Of a stretch of 64,000 nucleotides of DNA, positions 37,813 through 51,400 are shown in pieces (within the stretch, counting starts at the first letter, position 1; every line of letters begins with the position of its first letter). Both the position numbers and the translations under genes were made by a program. The DNA is from Paraphysomonas bandaiensis (lineage: Eukaryota > Protista > Chrysophyceae), in contig CBFFRP010000408.1 of assembly GCA_965644295.1 (NCBI GenBank), positions 62,001 to 126,000 of the forward strand, written 5' to 3'. Below the pieces are notes generated by a model. The model was given only the letters and a program-made list of their open reading frames with translations. It did not search any database and had not been told where the DNA came from.

Positions 37813-38391
37813 CCAAAATTAGGCTATTCGGTTGGAGCGTTTGCAATCTTAAGATATAAGCAAATGCAGCTATATGAGAATATAGCAAAACACAAGCAGC
37901 AGGGGCAACTTGTAACGCAATAAATACTTCAAATAACAACTGTTATTGCGACTTTTTCTTTATCTTTAGCCTCTCAGATAAAATTATAGTAAAATATAAT
38001 AATTCAATACTTATATATGAAACTGTGGTGATTACCAGGTTTAGGTATTACCTCGACTTAAATGGTACAAGGGTACTATATGTAATTTACATTTACTATT
38101 TACTATATACTATATAGATGTTGTCACTACCAGGGCCTGGTAGCCATTAATGGTAACGGCATTATAATTAATAGTGAATGTCTTTATATTAGCAAGTGGC
38201 GTTTAAGAGTCAGTGATTAACTCTAGTAGTGAATGTGTGATTAGTAACAATAGGCGTGTAAGAGCTGAACTAATGTAGCAAAACAATTCAACTACGTCAA
38301 GTCCAACCAGGTCTACACAAGTGACGCTTATTAGTGTCCCTTGTACCACACAAGCATTTGGCTATGAGTGGGCAGAACAATATCTGCTGAC

Positions 38392-39694
38392 CAGGCTTGC
38401 GTAACAGTTAATAGTAATAATTTCAATTATTATTGGTAATTGTTGCCAATTAATTGCAGGTATTGGCTGGCTGGCAGGTATACATAGCATCTTAAGATAT
38501 GTAGCTACTGATCATAGGTACAAACCCTTTATCAGAAGGTATGTGCACAGTCATGATGTTATCATTTAATTAATCGTAATGTGTGATGGAGATGAACAGC
38601 TTGATCTAGATGATGTCCGGGTACAATTTGATGATTTAATTCGTCAGTACCCTGGGATGAAATTCCACGTGGATGCAGACGCGGACATCGTTCAAAATGC
38701 AGATTTCGAGAGAACAGTAGTCAAAATTCAGCGTGGTAGGGAAGAAGAACTGAACCGCGCTAAAAGAGCACAGGTACGACGCTTTTTGATTAATGATGTA
38801 CCTGCACGCACACGAAGGTGAACGCGATGAAGAGAAAGATGAGGAGGAAGACGACGCCATTCGTTTACTTAAAGACACCTCTTGAAATAAATGTTGATGT
38901 TTCTGCGTGAAAATCGGCATCTTTGGGATGAGATTATAGTTCAGAAGGTTATTCAAGTAAACAATATATGCAAACGTTGGAAAAAAAAATTCCCACGTTT
39001 TTGAAGTACATATTCCTTCTTGTTAAAAAACTAGCTGGTTACTAGTAGAGTACAAATAAATAGTTTTCTGCATTTGTATTGATATATTATAGACTAATAT
39101 TGCAAATTAGTATTATTTTCAGTATAAAAATGGGCTCAACTTACCCTTTGATTGCTATGTACAAACTAGTTCTAGCTAGTCATTGTATAAAAACTTAAAA
39201 CCACATAATTATTGAACAGAAGAGCAACAAACATGCAATACACACTCTACTTTTCTCTATATTTCAATAACGTTTTGCAGAATTCCTTGTTTTTCTCCTT
39301 CCGGTTCTCAAGCTCGAGGCGCTGGGCTTCAGTTTTGAAGTTGTCACGTTCATAAGCCTTATGAATAATGTGTTCCAGTAGAAGACTTTCTGTGTAGGAG
39401 TTCTTCCTGCTATTGCATTGAAGCACCTTTAAAACCATTCTACAAAAATTCTTAAAAGTCTAGTAAAATCTACTAGATTTTCCCAAATTTTTGAAAATTT
39501 CCCACGTTTGCATATATTGTTTACTTTTTCTAAAATCTAGCAATAGAATTATTGAAGGTAATTAATTGGCAATAATTGCCAATGAATTGCATAATTGCCA
39601 ATAATTGGATGCTTGATTAATAATTGCAGTTATTAATGTTTGTTGGACATTTGTCACCAATTAATTGCCAATTATTATTTGTTACGCAAGCCTG
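38392..39694 (+). mobile_element. Internally deleted hAT element with transposase remnant (38579-38821)
   Basis: Perfect 15-bp TIR CAGGCTTGCGTAACA; 8-bp TSD CTGCTGAC (38384-38391, 39695-39702); AATTG-rich subterminal repeats; remnant peptide DVRVQFDDLI...IVQNADFERTVVKIQ. Confidence 0.9.
38955..39526. mobile_element. Unclassified ~570-bp TIR element (innermost layer)
   Basis: AAGTAAACAATATATGCAAACGT(T/G)GGAAA inverted repeat at both ends; no clear TSD. Confidence 0.6.
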
Positions 39695-40319
39695 CTGCTG
39701 ACTGCATGTACGGCTCACGTTTGTTTCCCGGAGAAATATCTCCGGTACTTATCCCCCAGAATACCATGTAAAGGTGCCCATCCGAATTTGTTGAGGAGAA
39801 TCGTTGCTATTCCTACATGCCAATTACATGTTGTAGGATGCTAACACCCTCCATGAAGTCCTGCAGGAAGATCCTGATATGTGCCAATGGCGCGCATAGT
39901 TACGTGTAGTTAGACTGATTTTTAACTAAATTAGTATATAAGGGAGCACTATCTATAATGAACGGTATTATCTACTTAGGTATAGTGACCATTATAATTT
40001 TGCTGGAAACTGGACTGCCATTAATGGGCCATTTATGGTTACAAGGCCCTGGTCACTACACCAACCAATATTTTACGATCATAGAGATATATATTATATA
40101 TAGACACGAATCTTCTCACTGATGCAATTTATATTATTCTGTTACTCTGTTTCAACTACTATTATATTCTTCATGTAACAGTTATACTTTAGAGACATTG
40201 AACTACAGCTTTAAATTAATTGCTTACTAATAAAAAACCTTAACTCTAGCCCCTCTCAATTCAAATCTGTAGATGGATACTTAATGCGACGAGATATAAC
40301 TGAGGGATACGCAACCACC

Positions 40320-41700
40320 AAAAAATTGAATAGAACTGGTGAATATATGACTCCAACACTTCAGTTAGCTTCACCACAGGTAATTCTTTTGCGTTCTTCG
40401 GCGTCGTTCGTACAAATTTTCTCTCCTAACTAACACCTAAAAATAGCTCGCGGTGATACTTCGGGGTTAAGTGCCTAATCTCGCGCACTTCGAAAAATGA
40501 AGTGGGTTTGCACAATATAAGACCCATTTTGACTTCTTCAGTTTCTCTATACCGGCATACATCACTACTTCTTGGTATTCGCTTTACATAGAGGTAACGT
40601 TGATATCCAATGTTGCGCCGGTTGTACCTGATTTCTCCTTGTGTGCCTTGTTGTGGTTCGACATGAGAATGTGTCTTCCATAATGTAGTAAATGATTAAT
40701 TAGTTTTCACGTTGCCAGAGTTACCGTAGCAGCATATCGAGGTAACAGAACCAATCGCATAGGCAATATCAGGTCTAGTATTCATCAGCATATATATAGG
40801 TAAATACAGCTCCCAGTAAACTACAATAAGGGGTAATTTTTTACTCCCTCTTTCACCTCCCTGGAGATTTACAGCTCGGACTGGTTGATCTTGTCCATGG
40901 TATCATTGTGTAACTGTGATTTTCTGGTTCTATTGGTCGGTTCGAGAAACCCCACACATGAGTAAATTTTCCGCATATTATGTCTTTTGGTCCATCTGCA
41001 TGTATGCTTTTAAAATTGAGAAGGCATTCTCTTTCACCCATATACGACATATTTAATCGATTACATCGATTACAATACTTAGCTTTAGTTTATGTGATAA
41101 TGTTATGAACAGTCATGCTAGAATCTAGAATAATATCATCAACATAAGGGTAAGACATACACGATGTCATAACATAGTACAAGCATGGATCAAGGGCATA
41201 CGGTTTAAAATTCATGGATTTAATAAATTTTTCTATTGTTTTTTTTTATCATGACCGCTCTAGCCTTCGAATTCCGTACAGCGATCGCTTTTATCTTGGT
41301 GGTAAGTCATACTCAAGTGTGGGCTCTATCATGTGTAAACAACTCCCTCTATATCTTTGCATAGCAAAACGCGTTAGACACATCCAATTAATATTGTTGC
41401 ATGTTGAAAGTGAATGACAAGGCAATAATATACTTTATACTTTTAACAACTGGAACAAACGTGAATAGTACAGATCTCTGCCCATACTCCAAGACCACAA
41501 GTCGCAGTTTGTGTTTCTTAATCAATCCATCTTTGTTATATGTGCGTTTGATTACATATACTTAATGAGCTGAGCTCCAGGAGGAATTTTCATAGCATCC
41601 AACAAATCACGCTCTAGACGTGTGCAGGTTTAACGATGCTAGCTATACGTATCTACTCTATATGATAGCTGCACTACGCCGTTATATTCTATATTACAGA
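40320..41700 (-). pseudogene. Decayed Ty1/Copia RT-RNase H remnant
   Basis: Minus-strand fragments in Copia order: HKLRLVV...TFVPVVK, LDVSNAF, RSLYGI, DPCLY, YVDDII, PYCSLLGA, NTRPDIAYAI. Many stops and frameshifts. Confidence 0.8.
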
Positions 41701-42433
41701 TTAATTATTATAGACTGCCGTATACATGCATATACACGTCTAATATATCCAACTGTCTCTTCTTAATCCATATTAATGTAGCCTAGCCCTATGGCATAAA
41801 CACATGATCCAAAATAAATCCAAGTGCCTATAAACGCCCGTTTATCTACGATACGAACGATACGTTTTCTTATGGTCGCATGGACATGTCTGTGACTCCT
41901 TCACCATTACTCTGTGCAGTCAGTGGCGTATTGATACATAACACATGAGCTGCCCCTATAGCATATACTCTCTCAATCCATCGGTATTCCCAATACTTCT
42001 TGACAACAATAACACCAACGAATTAGCCATAAAGAGTACTATTATATCATACTGCTGTTAGGGTCACCTGATCCGCTCACAACCTCGTCATTAGTCAATG
42101 GGAGGTTCTCTGTCAGAGATCACACAGAGCACCTGCACTGCACTGCAAGTCTCGTGGGGATCAGAAGCCCCCAAAAGGCCAAAAAGCCGCTTTTATGCTG
42201 TGAAAAACACAGTTATCACCAGCAGCAGATACGATGGATTTGTGTAACCAACTCTTTCAGTGTGGTGTCAGTGCACAGTGTACAGTGTATATGCATGTAT
42301 GTGTATGTATGCGGTAGTATGATATGTTACAAGTACCAAAATATGTCACAAGGAAGAGTGAAATAACGACCTACCCTCTCGTGAGGCTGTTCATGAGATA
42401 GTGCAGACTGTGTGGGTTCTAACGGTAGGATAG

Positions 42434-45400
42434 ATGACAGAGCCGCTGCCAGGCATTGCTCAACAGCAGCAGAATGTAAGTTTATCTATGCTACTTGTGG
42501 TTGCACTTCTATACGTTATGGATATGCCTCTACATATGTACTCCTTTGTTTATAGCTACCCCTCTCATTGCTACATATCCAGGTCGATGTTAGCGCTCTG
42601 AGGGAGTCGATGATGAATAGACAGCAGGCGAGGCCCAGGAAGAACAGGCATAGAGCCTCGATCTTGCTGTCGAAGGACGGATTTAGCCGGGGAAAGCACA
42701 CCAAACAGATGGAGGATAAACTGGGGGAGCAGTTCAAGTACTTCAGACAAGAGTTTCTTGATGCCGCTCTCTCTGTAGGAGTTCCTGTTCCTCTGGATAT
42801 GGTGGAGGATAAAGCTGGACGGGTATTTACCTTTGTGAACCAGAAAGGTCCCCGATATTTGTTTCAAATTATGCACAGCAATCCTGAAAGCCCTCATTTG
42901 CTACGGTGCTCTCTCTCATTGTTAATTGTGACAATATCTATTTTGCGCGGAAAGCTTCCCCAGACAAGTTCTATTACAAATGAAAAGAGTGCCCATGTGT
43001 GGCTGAGTCTTTTGACAGAAAATGTGTCTGCATGGGCACTGGACTCGTTGACCACAATTGCTGATGGCAGCGCAGTAGCGATTTGCACGAATCTGCTACG
43101 TCATTCGCATTCTCAGACCATACAGGAGTTGATTCTTAATTTACTTGCCCACCTCGTGAATATCACAGAAGAGGCAGCGAACCAGATGTTGTTGTATCCC
43201 ACCATAACAAGTAGCGATACGCCTCAAAAACCACAGGATGTGAAAGATTTAGACCAAGACAGAGGGGCAGCCACTCCAATGGGCCGTCCTCTCCTTAGCG
43301 AGACTCAAAGCTCAAGACGGTCAGAGCTCCCATCTGTACGATCGCTTGTGGGCCACGCACGAGAGAAGAAGGCGAATTCGGTTGAGAATGACGATAATTT
43401 CACTTGTCTGTCCTATATGTTTAGTGTTGTGGCTCACCACAGAAATCGTTACACTGTTATGACTGCCTGTGCGGAGGTGGTATTGGCCTTGGTTGCTAAT
43501 AAAAGTGCCCTAATATGCGAGGAGATAGCCCGCACCGCTATTTCACCGGTGATTATGGATACTTTTACTGGTGAGCAAAGAACTACCTCCAATAGAAATT
43601 TTGGAGGAAATAGAGGCCACATGAAGCCGTCGTTTGGAGGCAATGCATCATCTACTGCAAATGGTAGATCTTTAGATTGCGTACTGTCATGTCGTTTTAA
43701 TACTTGTATCATTGTTGCAGGTACACTGAGGATGAAAAGTACAGCATCTCCTCCCGCTGAGTGGGCCGCACTGAAGCTCATGCTAAAGTTTTTGCAACGG
43801 TTCATGCGGTATGCACAATCAGCAGTGCAAGACGACAATAGTACTGTTACTTCAGCCGATTCGACGGCAAATCGATCACCGGCTCAAACCCCTGGCAGTC
43901 GTATAAGATGCAATGTAGATATCGCAGTGGTACCTCATAAGCACAAGAACTCACTTTGTACTGCTCATGCTAGAGTCCTGTTAGCCGTTTGCGAGCTGAT
44001 CATATATTCTCCTAATGTAGCATCTTTTGTTCTGACAATGCCTGGTGCTCGGGCTATTATGAAGGCATCGTGTATGCTGCACAAGGACTCTCCGGATATC
44101 GGGCAGTCAGTGGTTCAATGTCTGCATGTGCTCCAGCGGGAATCCGAAAGAGTATATGAGATTATGTCTTCAAACCGCCACTCTATGAGCTACGAGCTCA
44201 CTCATGGACGAGCCTCAAAACTCTTTAATCCAGTGTCGGCCCTGACTTCGAAACGTGTGGGACTACGGTCATCGGCGGGGTCACGGCAGAAGAGGGCTAT
44301 GTAAAGCCGTGGGCTTTTATAACACCCTTTAACACGTTTAATGACATCATCATAATAATATTGATAACTATATTAATGCAATAACGATATGATAACATAA
44401 TATGTAGGGTATATGTAGCTTGTTTTGTATAAGATTGGTGACAACAAGAGATACAGATTATTATTACGAGGGCAAGACGACAGACAACTAGGATTTACCC
44501 TCGAACACACGTTTTCTTTGATCTACGCGATTGCTACCCGTCGGTTTACGCCTATATCCATACGGTAGTCGGTGTCATAGCGTTTTGGGTCAGGAAGCAT
44601 TGATTGGTACCGCATGTGCGATATTCGTAGTCCACCCATCATTATGAGAAGCTTTCTGATGGTTTTGAACAGCTCTATGTGCTTGATCATTGTTCTGGAT
44701 TCTGATATACGAATATTCCTCCATTGCCATACACCGTTGATTTTCTCCGGAATGGGGAGGAATTCGTAAGGTGCCATTGGACGCAGATGCAGAGGTGTCA
44801 TGGGCATGTTAGTGATCTGAATATGAGTGTATTTGTATGGTCCAGTCTAAAGTACACACTCTTGCAAGGAAATGATATTTAACCGTTCGGTTGTAAGCTT
44901 TTGAACCCGATTGCATTTTGTCGGTATTATGCATGAGTTGGCGATTGTGTATTTCACGTTGTCATGAAATGTGCTTGCAATTTTTGTGGATTCGAATATT
45001 GTCATTTTGGGTGTTTGTGGCTCGAAAATCGGCGATTTTCTGCAATTCTCAAAAAATTGGGGATTTTTGGGGTTTTGGGACTCAAAAATCGGAGGTTTTT
45101 GGAAAGGACCTATTTAGGCGTATTTCAGGGCGTTTTTGACTATAAACGATGTAGGATATGAATCGTATGTAGTGTAGTACATGTATGAGCATATTGTACG
45201 GTTGTGGATGCATTCAATGTCCTGTGTATGAGGAGGAGTCTTTAGACTGGGGGTCTGTCTTTTGTTTCGCTTGTAACTTTAGTTTTAATAATAATTCTCT
45301 ATGAAATTAACATAGTTGGTTGACTGATCTGTCTATTGGGAGCTTTAGATTGCAGGATACAGGGGAGCTTGTGTTTCTGGCTGTTGGTTTCTTAAAGAGT

Positions 45401-48400
45401 TATTATTATAGTTTTCTGTTTCGTTGTTTCGACAAACAACCATTACATATCTTTTCAGTGATCTTAGGTTGCAAGACCTGAGTTGTTCATAGTAAATTTA
45501 CTTACGGTAAAACACGTAAGTGAAGATATCATTATTGTAGTTTATAGATATATATCGAAATGTCTGATTCGGAGGGTCCTGTTGGTTCATCTGAGTTAGA
45601 TGAAGTTAAGGAAATGTTACGGGGAATTGCTCTCAATTTGGAGAACGTCACTAAGTTGTGTGTAGCAACTGCCAGTAGGGTAGATAATCTGGAGTCCAGA
45701 ATGTCTATTAATGAAGAAGTTTTAGTTAATGAGCTGGAGGAAGCTCAGAAGGAAGTAGATGAGGCCATCCGTGACCAGCGTGAAGAGCAGCAGGGACATA
45801 CCAGAGAGAGTGGCAGGGCTGCCGACGACAAAGGCAAGAAGAAAGAGCGAAGGACATCTGTATTCATGAGGGAGGCTGAGTCTTCAGAGGGAATGGAGGT
45901 TCCAAAGCATGTCATCATCAATGTTGAAAAGCCATCCCATAAGCATATTTTTCTGGATTCGATGGAGCTTAGTGATTTTACAAAGTTTATCATCCAATGG
46001 TTTGAATATGAACAGATCAATGGGATTAAGCTTGAGCCAGCCCAGATAGTTAGCAGGCGTGTTCGGAACCTGCTTATGTTCAACAATAGCTTGACGGATA
46101 AAATGTTTGTTAAGTTGAGTGCTCAGAAATTCTGTGAGATGATGGCTAAGGAGACCAAGGTGTTGTCCAAAGTTGAGTTCATTGAGACTTTGCGATACGC
46201 GCTGAGATATTTTAAGCCACTGGATTGGAAATCAGTGCGGCCGAATACACATGAGCTGTTTTTTCAAGAGATTTTGAAGCGAAAGAGTATTTTTATGCGT
46301 ACGTTTACTATCATGATGGAGGCCAATAGTACTAAGTGTCCGCCGGTTGGAGGAAAAGAGTTTGGATCGGCTCAAGTATTTTTGGAGTTGATCGACGAGT
46401 CTTACAACAAACGAGTTCTGGCTGAGATTCCAAGGGTGACGGATACTAATTATGGTAATGTTGAAGAGTTTCTGGATACATACGTTTCCAAGGCGAGTGA
46501 GCATTATGAGGCGTCCAAGAACATCAGATTGGTGCCTTATGAAGGGTCCGATTTCAGTAGGAAGCAAATTCAAAGGAGTTCGAGGAATCGGGACAATGGA
46601 TACGTTGCAAAGGAGAAACCGAAATCTTTAAACAACGTGCAGTTTGCGGACCGAGTTGAGGATGATTTCTACAGTGATTTAGATGACAAGGAGGTTGACC
46701 CGATAGTTGTGGTCAAGGATGACGGGATGTCAGATGATGATTTCGAGAATGAGGTTGAGGAGATGTTGCTCGGCGAACCAGAGTCTGATAAGGAAGCTAT
46801 AGAACAGGTGATGAACCTAGAGAAGACTGTTAATCCAACCCGTGGTTGCGTTGCGTATGCGTTGTATGGGAACTGCTACAAAGGGAAGGAATGTAAGCAT
46901 GTCCAGGGTCATAATGGAGCAGTTGCAACGGAAACCCGGAAATGGATGATGAAGAAGCTGTCTCAGATGATGGCAGATGATTCCAAAGGGCCGCGAAAGA
47001 TTTTGCCGAGGCCTGGTGGAGTGACTTGACAAATGTGCGAGGCTAATGGTTCGCAGGATCACGAAGAAATATTGTACGGTTTGAATGATCCTGAGACTGT
47101 TAGTCGAGTTTTCCTCAGAAATTTGATGAATGTCTGTAATACGCGAGAACGAAAAGACTTGACATTGGCTCATTCTGGGGGAAGCATTGTATGTGATGAT
47201 AACTATATAATATCTGTGCGTGGAATATTGTTCGACACTGGAGCCCTAACATCTAACTTCATCTCCAAGGATTTGTTTGAGACGTTTGGAAATCATGTGT
47301 GTGAAAACAAAGTCATAAAAAAAGAAACAGTTATAGGATTTGCCGATAAAACGTCGAGAATGAAGTGTAGTTTTGTAGTGAAATTAAAATTGAGGTTTGA
47401 GAGAGAAGACTCCAAGGGAGAGTTCGTGTTATATGACGGGGATTTCATTGTTGCTGATATGGGTAGCAACGATATTATCATTGGACTTCCGGCTATCGTT
47501 AAGGATCTATGGGATTATTTTCTATTTATGCTTAAAGGAAGGACTATTGAACGAATTGAATCAGAAGTAAGTTTTATTAAAAGGCGTGAGGACGATGTTA
47601 CCGAGGATGATTTGTTGTTGAATGCGGTTGAAGAATTATTGCAGCCGTGGTGTGACAGTAGTAGGGAGGTAGCACCTGAAGAATTGGATGTTCCGGACCC
47701 TTCGCAGTTCGGATTTGCCTCAAGTTTTCTTGGAAAGACTAGAGAGGAAGCTTTGAGCGAGTTCGAGGATATGTTTGGTGAGCACGTGTCTCCAGAGTTC
47801 TCAGCAGCGCGACCGGTGCTGGAGTTATTGAGGACTAAGGGAGTAGAGGTATTTGTTCCAGAGCGGTGGGAAGGTATAAAAGGAGTGGATCCGTTGAACA
47901 TCAAGTTCGCTGAGAATTTGCCTCCTAGGATCAAGCCGAAGGCAAGACCCGTAAATCCTAGATTATATGAGGATGCGGAGAAGGAGTTTAGGAGACTGTG
48001 TGGTTACATCTATGTTCCTAGTAGGTCGCCATGGGCTTCTTGTTTGGTGATCGCGCCAAAAGCCACGAAACCTTTTATTAGGATTTGTGGGGATTACGTG
48101 CAAATCAACAAGTACATTCCAAGTCCACACTATACAGTTCCTAATGTAAGACATGAGTTGGATCGTATTATTGGCTATAAGATATTTATGGACATTGACC
48201 TCACGAATGCGTTCCATCAGATCAGGTTGCATGAGAACACATCTGAAAAATTGTCAGTTCAAACACCGTGGGGCCAATTTCAGCCTTTATTCCTTCCGGA
48301 GGGAGTGTCTCCAGGGATTAGTGTGTTGCAAGAAGCGGTAGTCAAATTGTTTGGAGATCTGGAATGGGCGCTGTGTATATTTGATAATGTTCTGTTATTG

Positions 48401-51400
48401 GCACATGATTTTGATGATGCGTATAAGAAGCTGGAGATTTTCCTGGATAGATGCATTGAACATGGAGTTGTGTTGAAATTTGCAAAGACCTGGTTAGGAT
48501 TTAGGGAGATCAAGTTTTTTGGCTATTTGGTAAGGCACAATAGTTTCGAGCTCACGGACGATAGGAAAGAGGCTTTATTGAAGATTCCTTTTCCAGAGAA
48601 TGGAAATAGATGTAAGAAGATTAGATCTTTGTTGGGTCTGGGAGTATTCTTTGCTCCATTTGTTCAGAATTACTCAGATTTGGTTAAACATCTTACGGAT
48701 ATGACTAAGAGTAGTTTTAATTGGGAAGAAACGACATGGCAGCACGATTATAGGCAGGAGTTTGAAAACTATAAGAGTGGTTTGCAACAGTCTTGTGCTT
48801 TGTTTTATCCGAATTATGATCTTGAGTGGACACTTAGGACAGATGCCAGTGACTATGGAGTGGCAGGCATTCTTTTCCAGACTGTTGAGGGAACTGGGTC
48901 TAGTCCGATTCAACAGCAAACTATTGCTATCTGTTCCAAGAAATTGTCAGAGCAAGCCTTGAAGTGGTGTACTATTGAGAAGGAGGGTTTTGGTATATTC
49001 TATTCAGTCAAGAAATTTTCGTTTTATCTGAGAGGAAAGAAATTTACAATCGAGACGGACCACAACAACCTTGTGTGGATGGAGGCATCAGAAGTTGCGA
49101 AGATAATTCGATGGAGAATTTATTTGCAGGATTTTGACTTTTTGATTCGTCATATCCCAGTGTAAAGCCGTGGGCTTTTATAACGCCCTTGGTAGTTTTA
49201 TATGATGATATATATTGGTATAATAGGCGGTTATAGTATATGGAGAAGGAATGAACAAGTTTTATAAGTAGTTGATAGATTGAATTATTAGAGTGATCTA
49301 AAGGGAACGAAACAAGACTTACTAACCATCATGGACACGACTTCTGTATTTCCTACGAGCTTTTCGAGGGGGATGAGTAATACCAGCGTGATTAGGAGGA
49401 GGCATACGGCAGCGATTGGGGTTAGGAAGCAGTGATACACACAATTTCGTGGGCCTACGTGATTGCCACCCGTTGGTTTACACCTATATCCATATAGCAG
49501 TCGGTGTAACAGCGATTTGAGTTAGGAAACATTGATTGGTACCGCATGTGCGATATTCGTAGTCCATTCATCATTATGAGAAGCTTTCTGATGGTTTTGA
49601 ACAGCTCTATGTGCTTGCTCATCGTTCCGGACTATGATATACGATTATTTTCCCATTATCACACACCATCGATTTTCTGTGGAATGGGGAGGAATTCGTA
49701 GGGTGCCATTGGGCACAGATGCATAGGTGTTCTAGGCATGCTGATGGTAAAATTTCCCTATGTATAGATGGCTAGGTCTGTTGTACACTGGTTCGCAGGA
49801 ATGGCGATGTTTAACGGGTTGAAATGTGATTGCAGTTGTCATGAAATGTGCTTGCAATTTTTGTGGATTCGAAGATTGTCATTTTTGGGTGTTTGTGGCT
49901 CGAAAATCGGCGATTTTCTGCAATTCTCAAAAATTGGGGATTTTTGGGTTTTTTGGGACTCAAAAATCGGAGGTTTTTGGAAAAGACCTATTTAGGCGTA
50001 TTTCAGGGGGTTTTTGACTATAAACGATGTAGGATATGAATCGTATGTAGTGTAGTACATGTTTGAGCATATTGTACGGTTGTGGTTGCATTCAATGTCC
50101 TGTGTATGAGGAGGAGTCTTTAGACTAGGGGTCTGTCTTTCGTTTTGCTTGTAACTTAGTTTTTAATAATAATTCTCTATGAAATTAACATAGTTGGTTG
50201 ACTGATCTGTCTATTGGGAGCTTTAGATTGCAGGATACAGGGGAGCTTGTGTTTCTGGCTGTTGGTTTCTTAAAGAGTTATTATTATAGCTTTCTGTTTT
50301 GTTGTTTCGATAAACAACCATTTCATATCTTTTCAGTGATCTTAGGTTGCAAGACCTGAGTTGTTCATAGTAAATTTACTAACGGTAAAACACGTAAGTG
50401 AAGATATCATTATTGTAGATTATAGATATATATCGAAATGTCTGATTCGGAGGGTCCTGTTGGTTCATCTGAGTTAGATGAAGTTAAGGAAATGTTACGG
50501 GGAATTGCTCTCAATTTGGAGAACGTCACTAAGTTGTGTGTAGCAACTGCCAGTAGGGTAGATAATCTGGAGTCCAGAATGTCTATTAATGAAGAAGTTT
50601 TAGTTAATGAGCTGGAGGAAGCTCAGAAGGAAGTAGATGAGGCCATCCGTGACCAGCGTGAAGAGCAGCAGGGACATACCAGAGAGAGTGGCAGGGCTGC
50701 CGACGACAAAGGCAAGAAGAAAGAGCGAAGGACATCTGTATTCATGAGGGAGGCTGAGTCTTCAGAGGGAATGGAGGTTCCAAAGCATGTCATCATCAAT
50801 GTTGAAAAGCCATCCCATAAGCATATTTTTCTGGATTCGATGGAGCTTAGTGATTTTACAAAGTTTATCATCCAATGGTTTGAATATGAACAGATCAATG
50901 GGATTAAGCTTGAGCCAGCCCAGATAGTTAGCAGGCGTGTTCGGAACCTGCTTATGTTCAACAATAGCTTGACGGATAAAATGTTTGTTAAGTTGAGTGC
51001 TCAGAAATTCTGTGAGCTGATGGCTAAGGAGACCAAGGTGTTGTCCAAAGTAGAGTTCATTGAGACTTTGCGATACGCGCTGAGATATTTTAAGCCACTG
51101 GATTGGAAATCAGTGCGGCCGAATACACATGAGCTGTTTTTTCAAGAGATTTTGAAGCGAAAGAGTATTTTTATGCGTACGTTTACTATCATGATGGAGG
51201 CCAATAGTACTAAGTGTCCGCCGGTTGGAGGAAAAGAGTTTGGATCGGCTCAAGTATTTTTGGAGTTGATCGACGAGTCTTACAACAAACGAGTTCTGGC
51301 TGAGATTCCAAGGGTGACGGATACTAATTATGGTAATGTTGAAGAGTTTCTGGATACATACGTTTCCAAGGCGAGTGAGCATTATGAGGCGTCCAAGAAC

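Larger units (their letters stand above)
38228..39815 (-). mobile_element. SINE-like element (C+B, internally deleted) interrupted by a hAT
   Basis: 38228-38391 and 39695-39815 join into the reverse complement of the C/B consensus. Confidence 0.7.
38131..40051. mobile_element. Non-autonomous hAT-type element (outer layer of a nest)
   Basis: TIR CAGGGCCTGGTAGCCATTAATGG / CCATTTATGGTTACAAGGCCCTG (20 of 23 match); 8-bp TSD GTCACTAC at 38123-38130 and 40052-40059. Confidence 0.85.

Noticed and set aside
44523-44807. 94-aa antisense ORF in the outer LTRs (also 58970-59254) as an accessory gene
   Set aside because: The homologous block in the inner LTR has in-frame stops (TGA TAA, TAG), and substitutions are spread over all codon positions.
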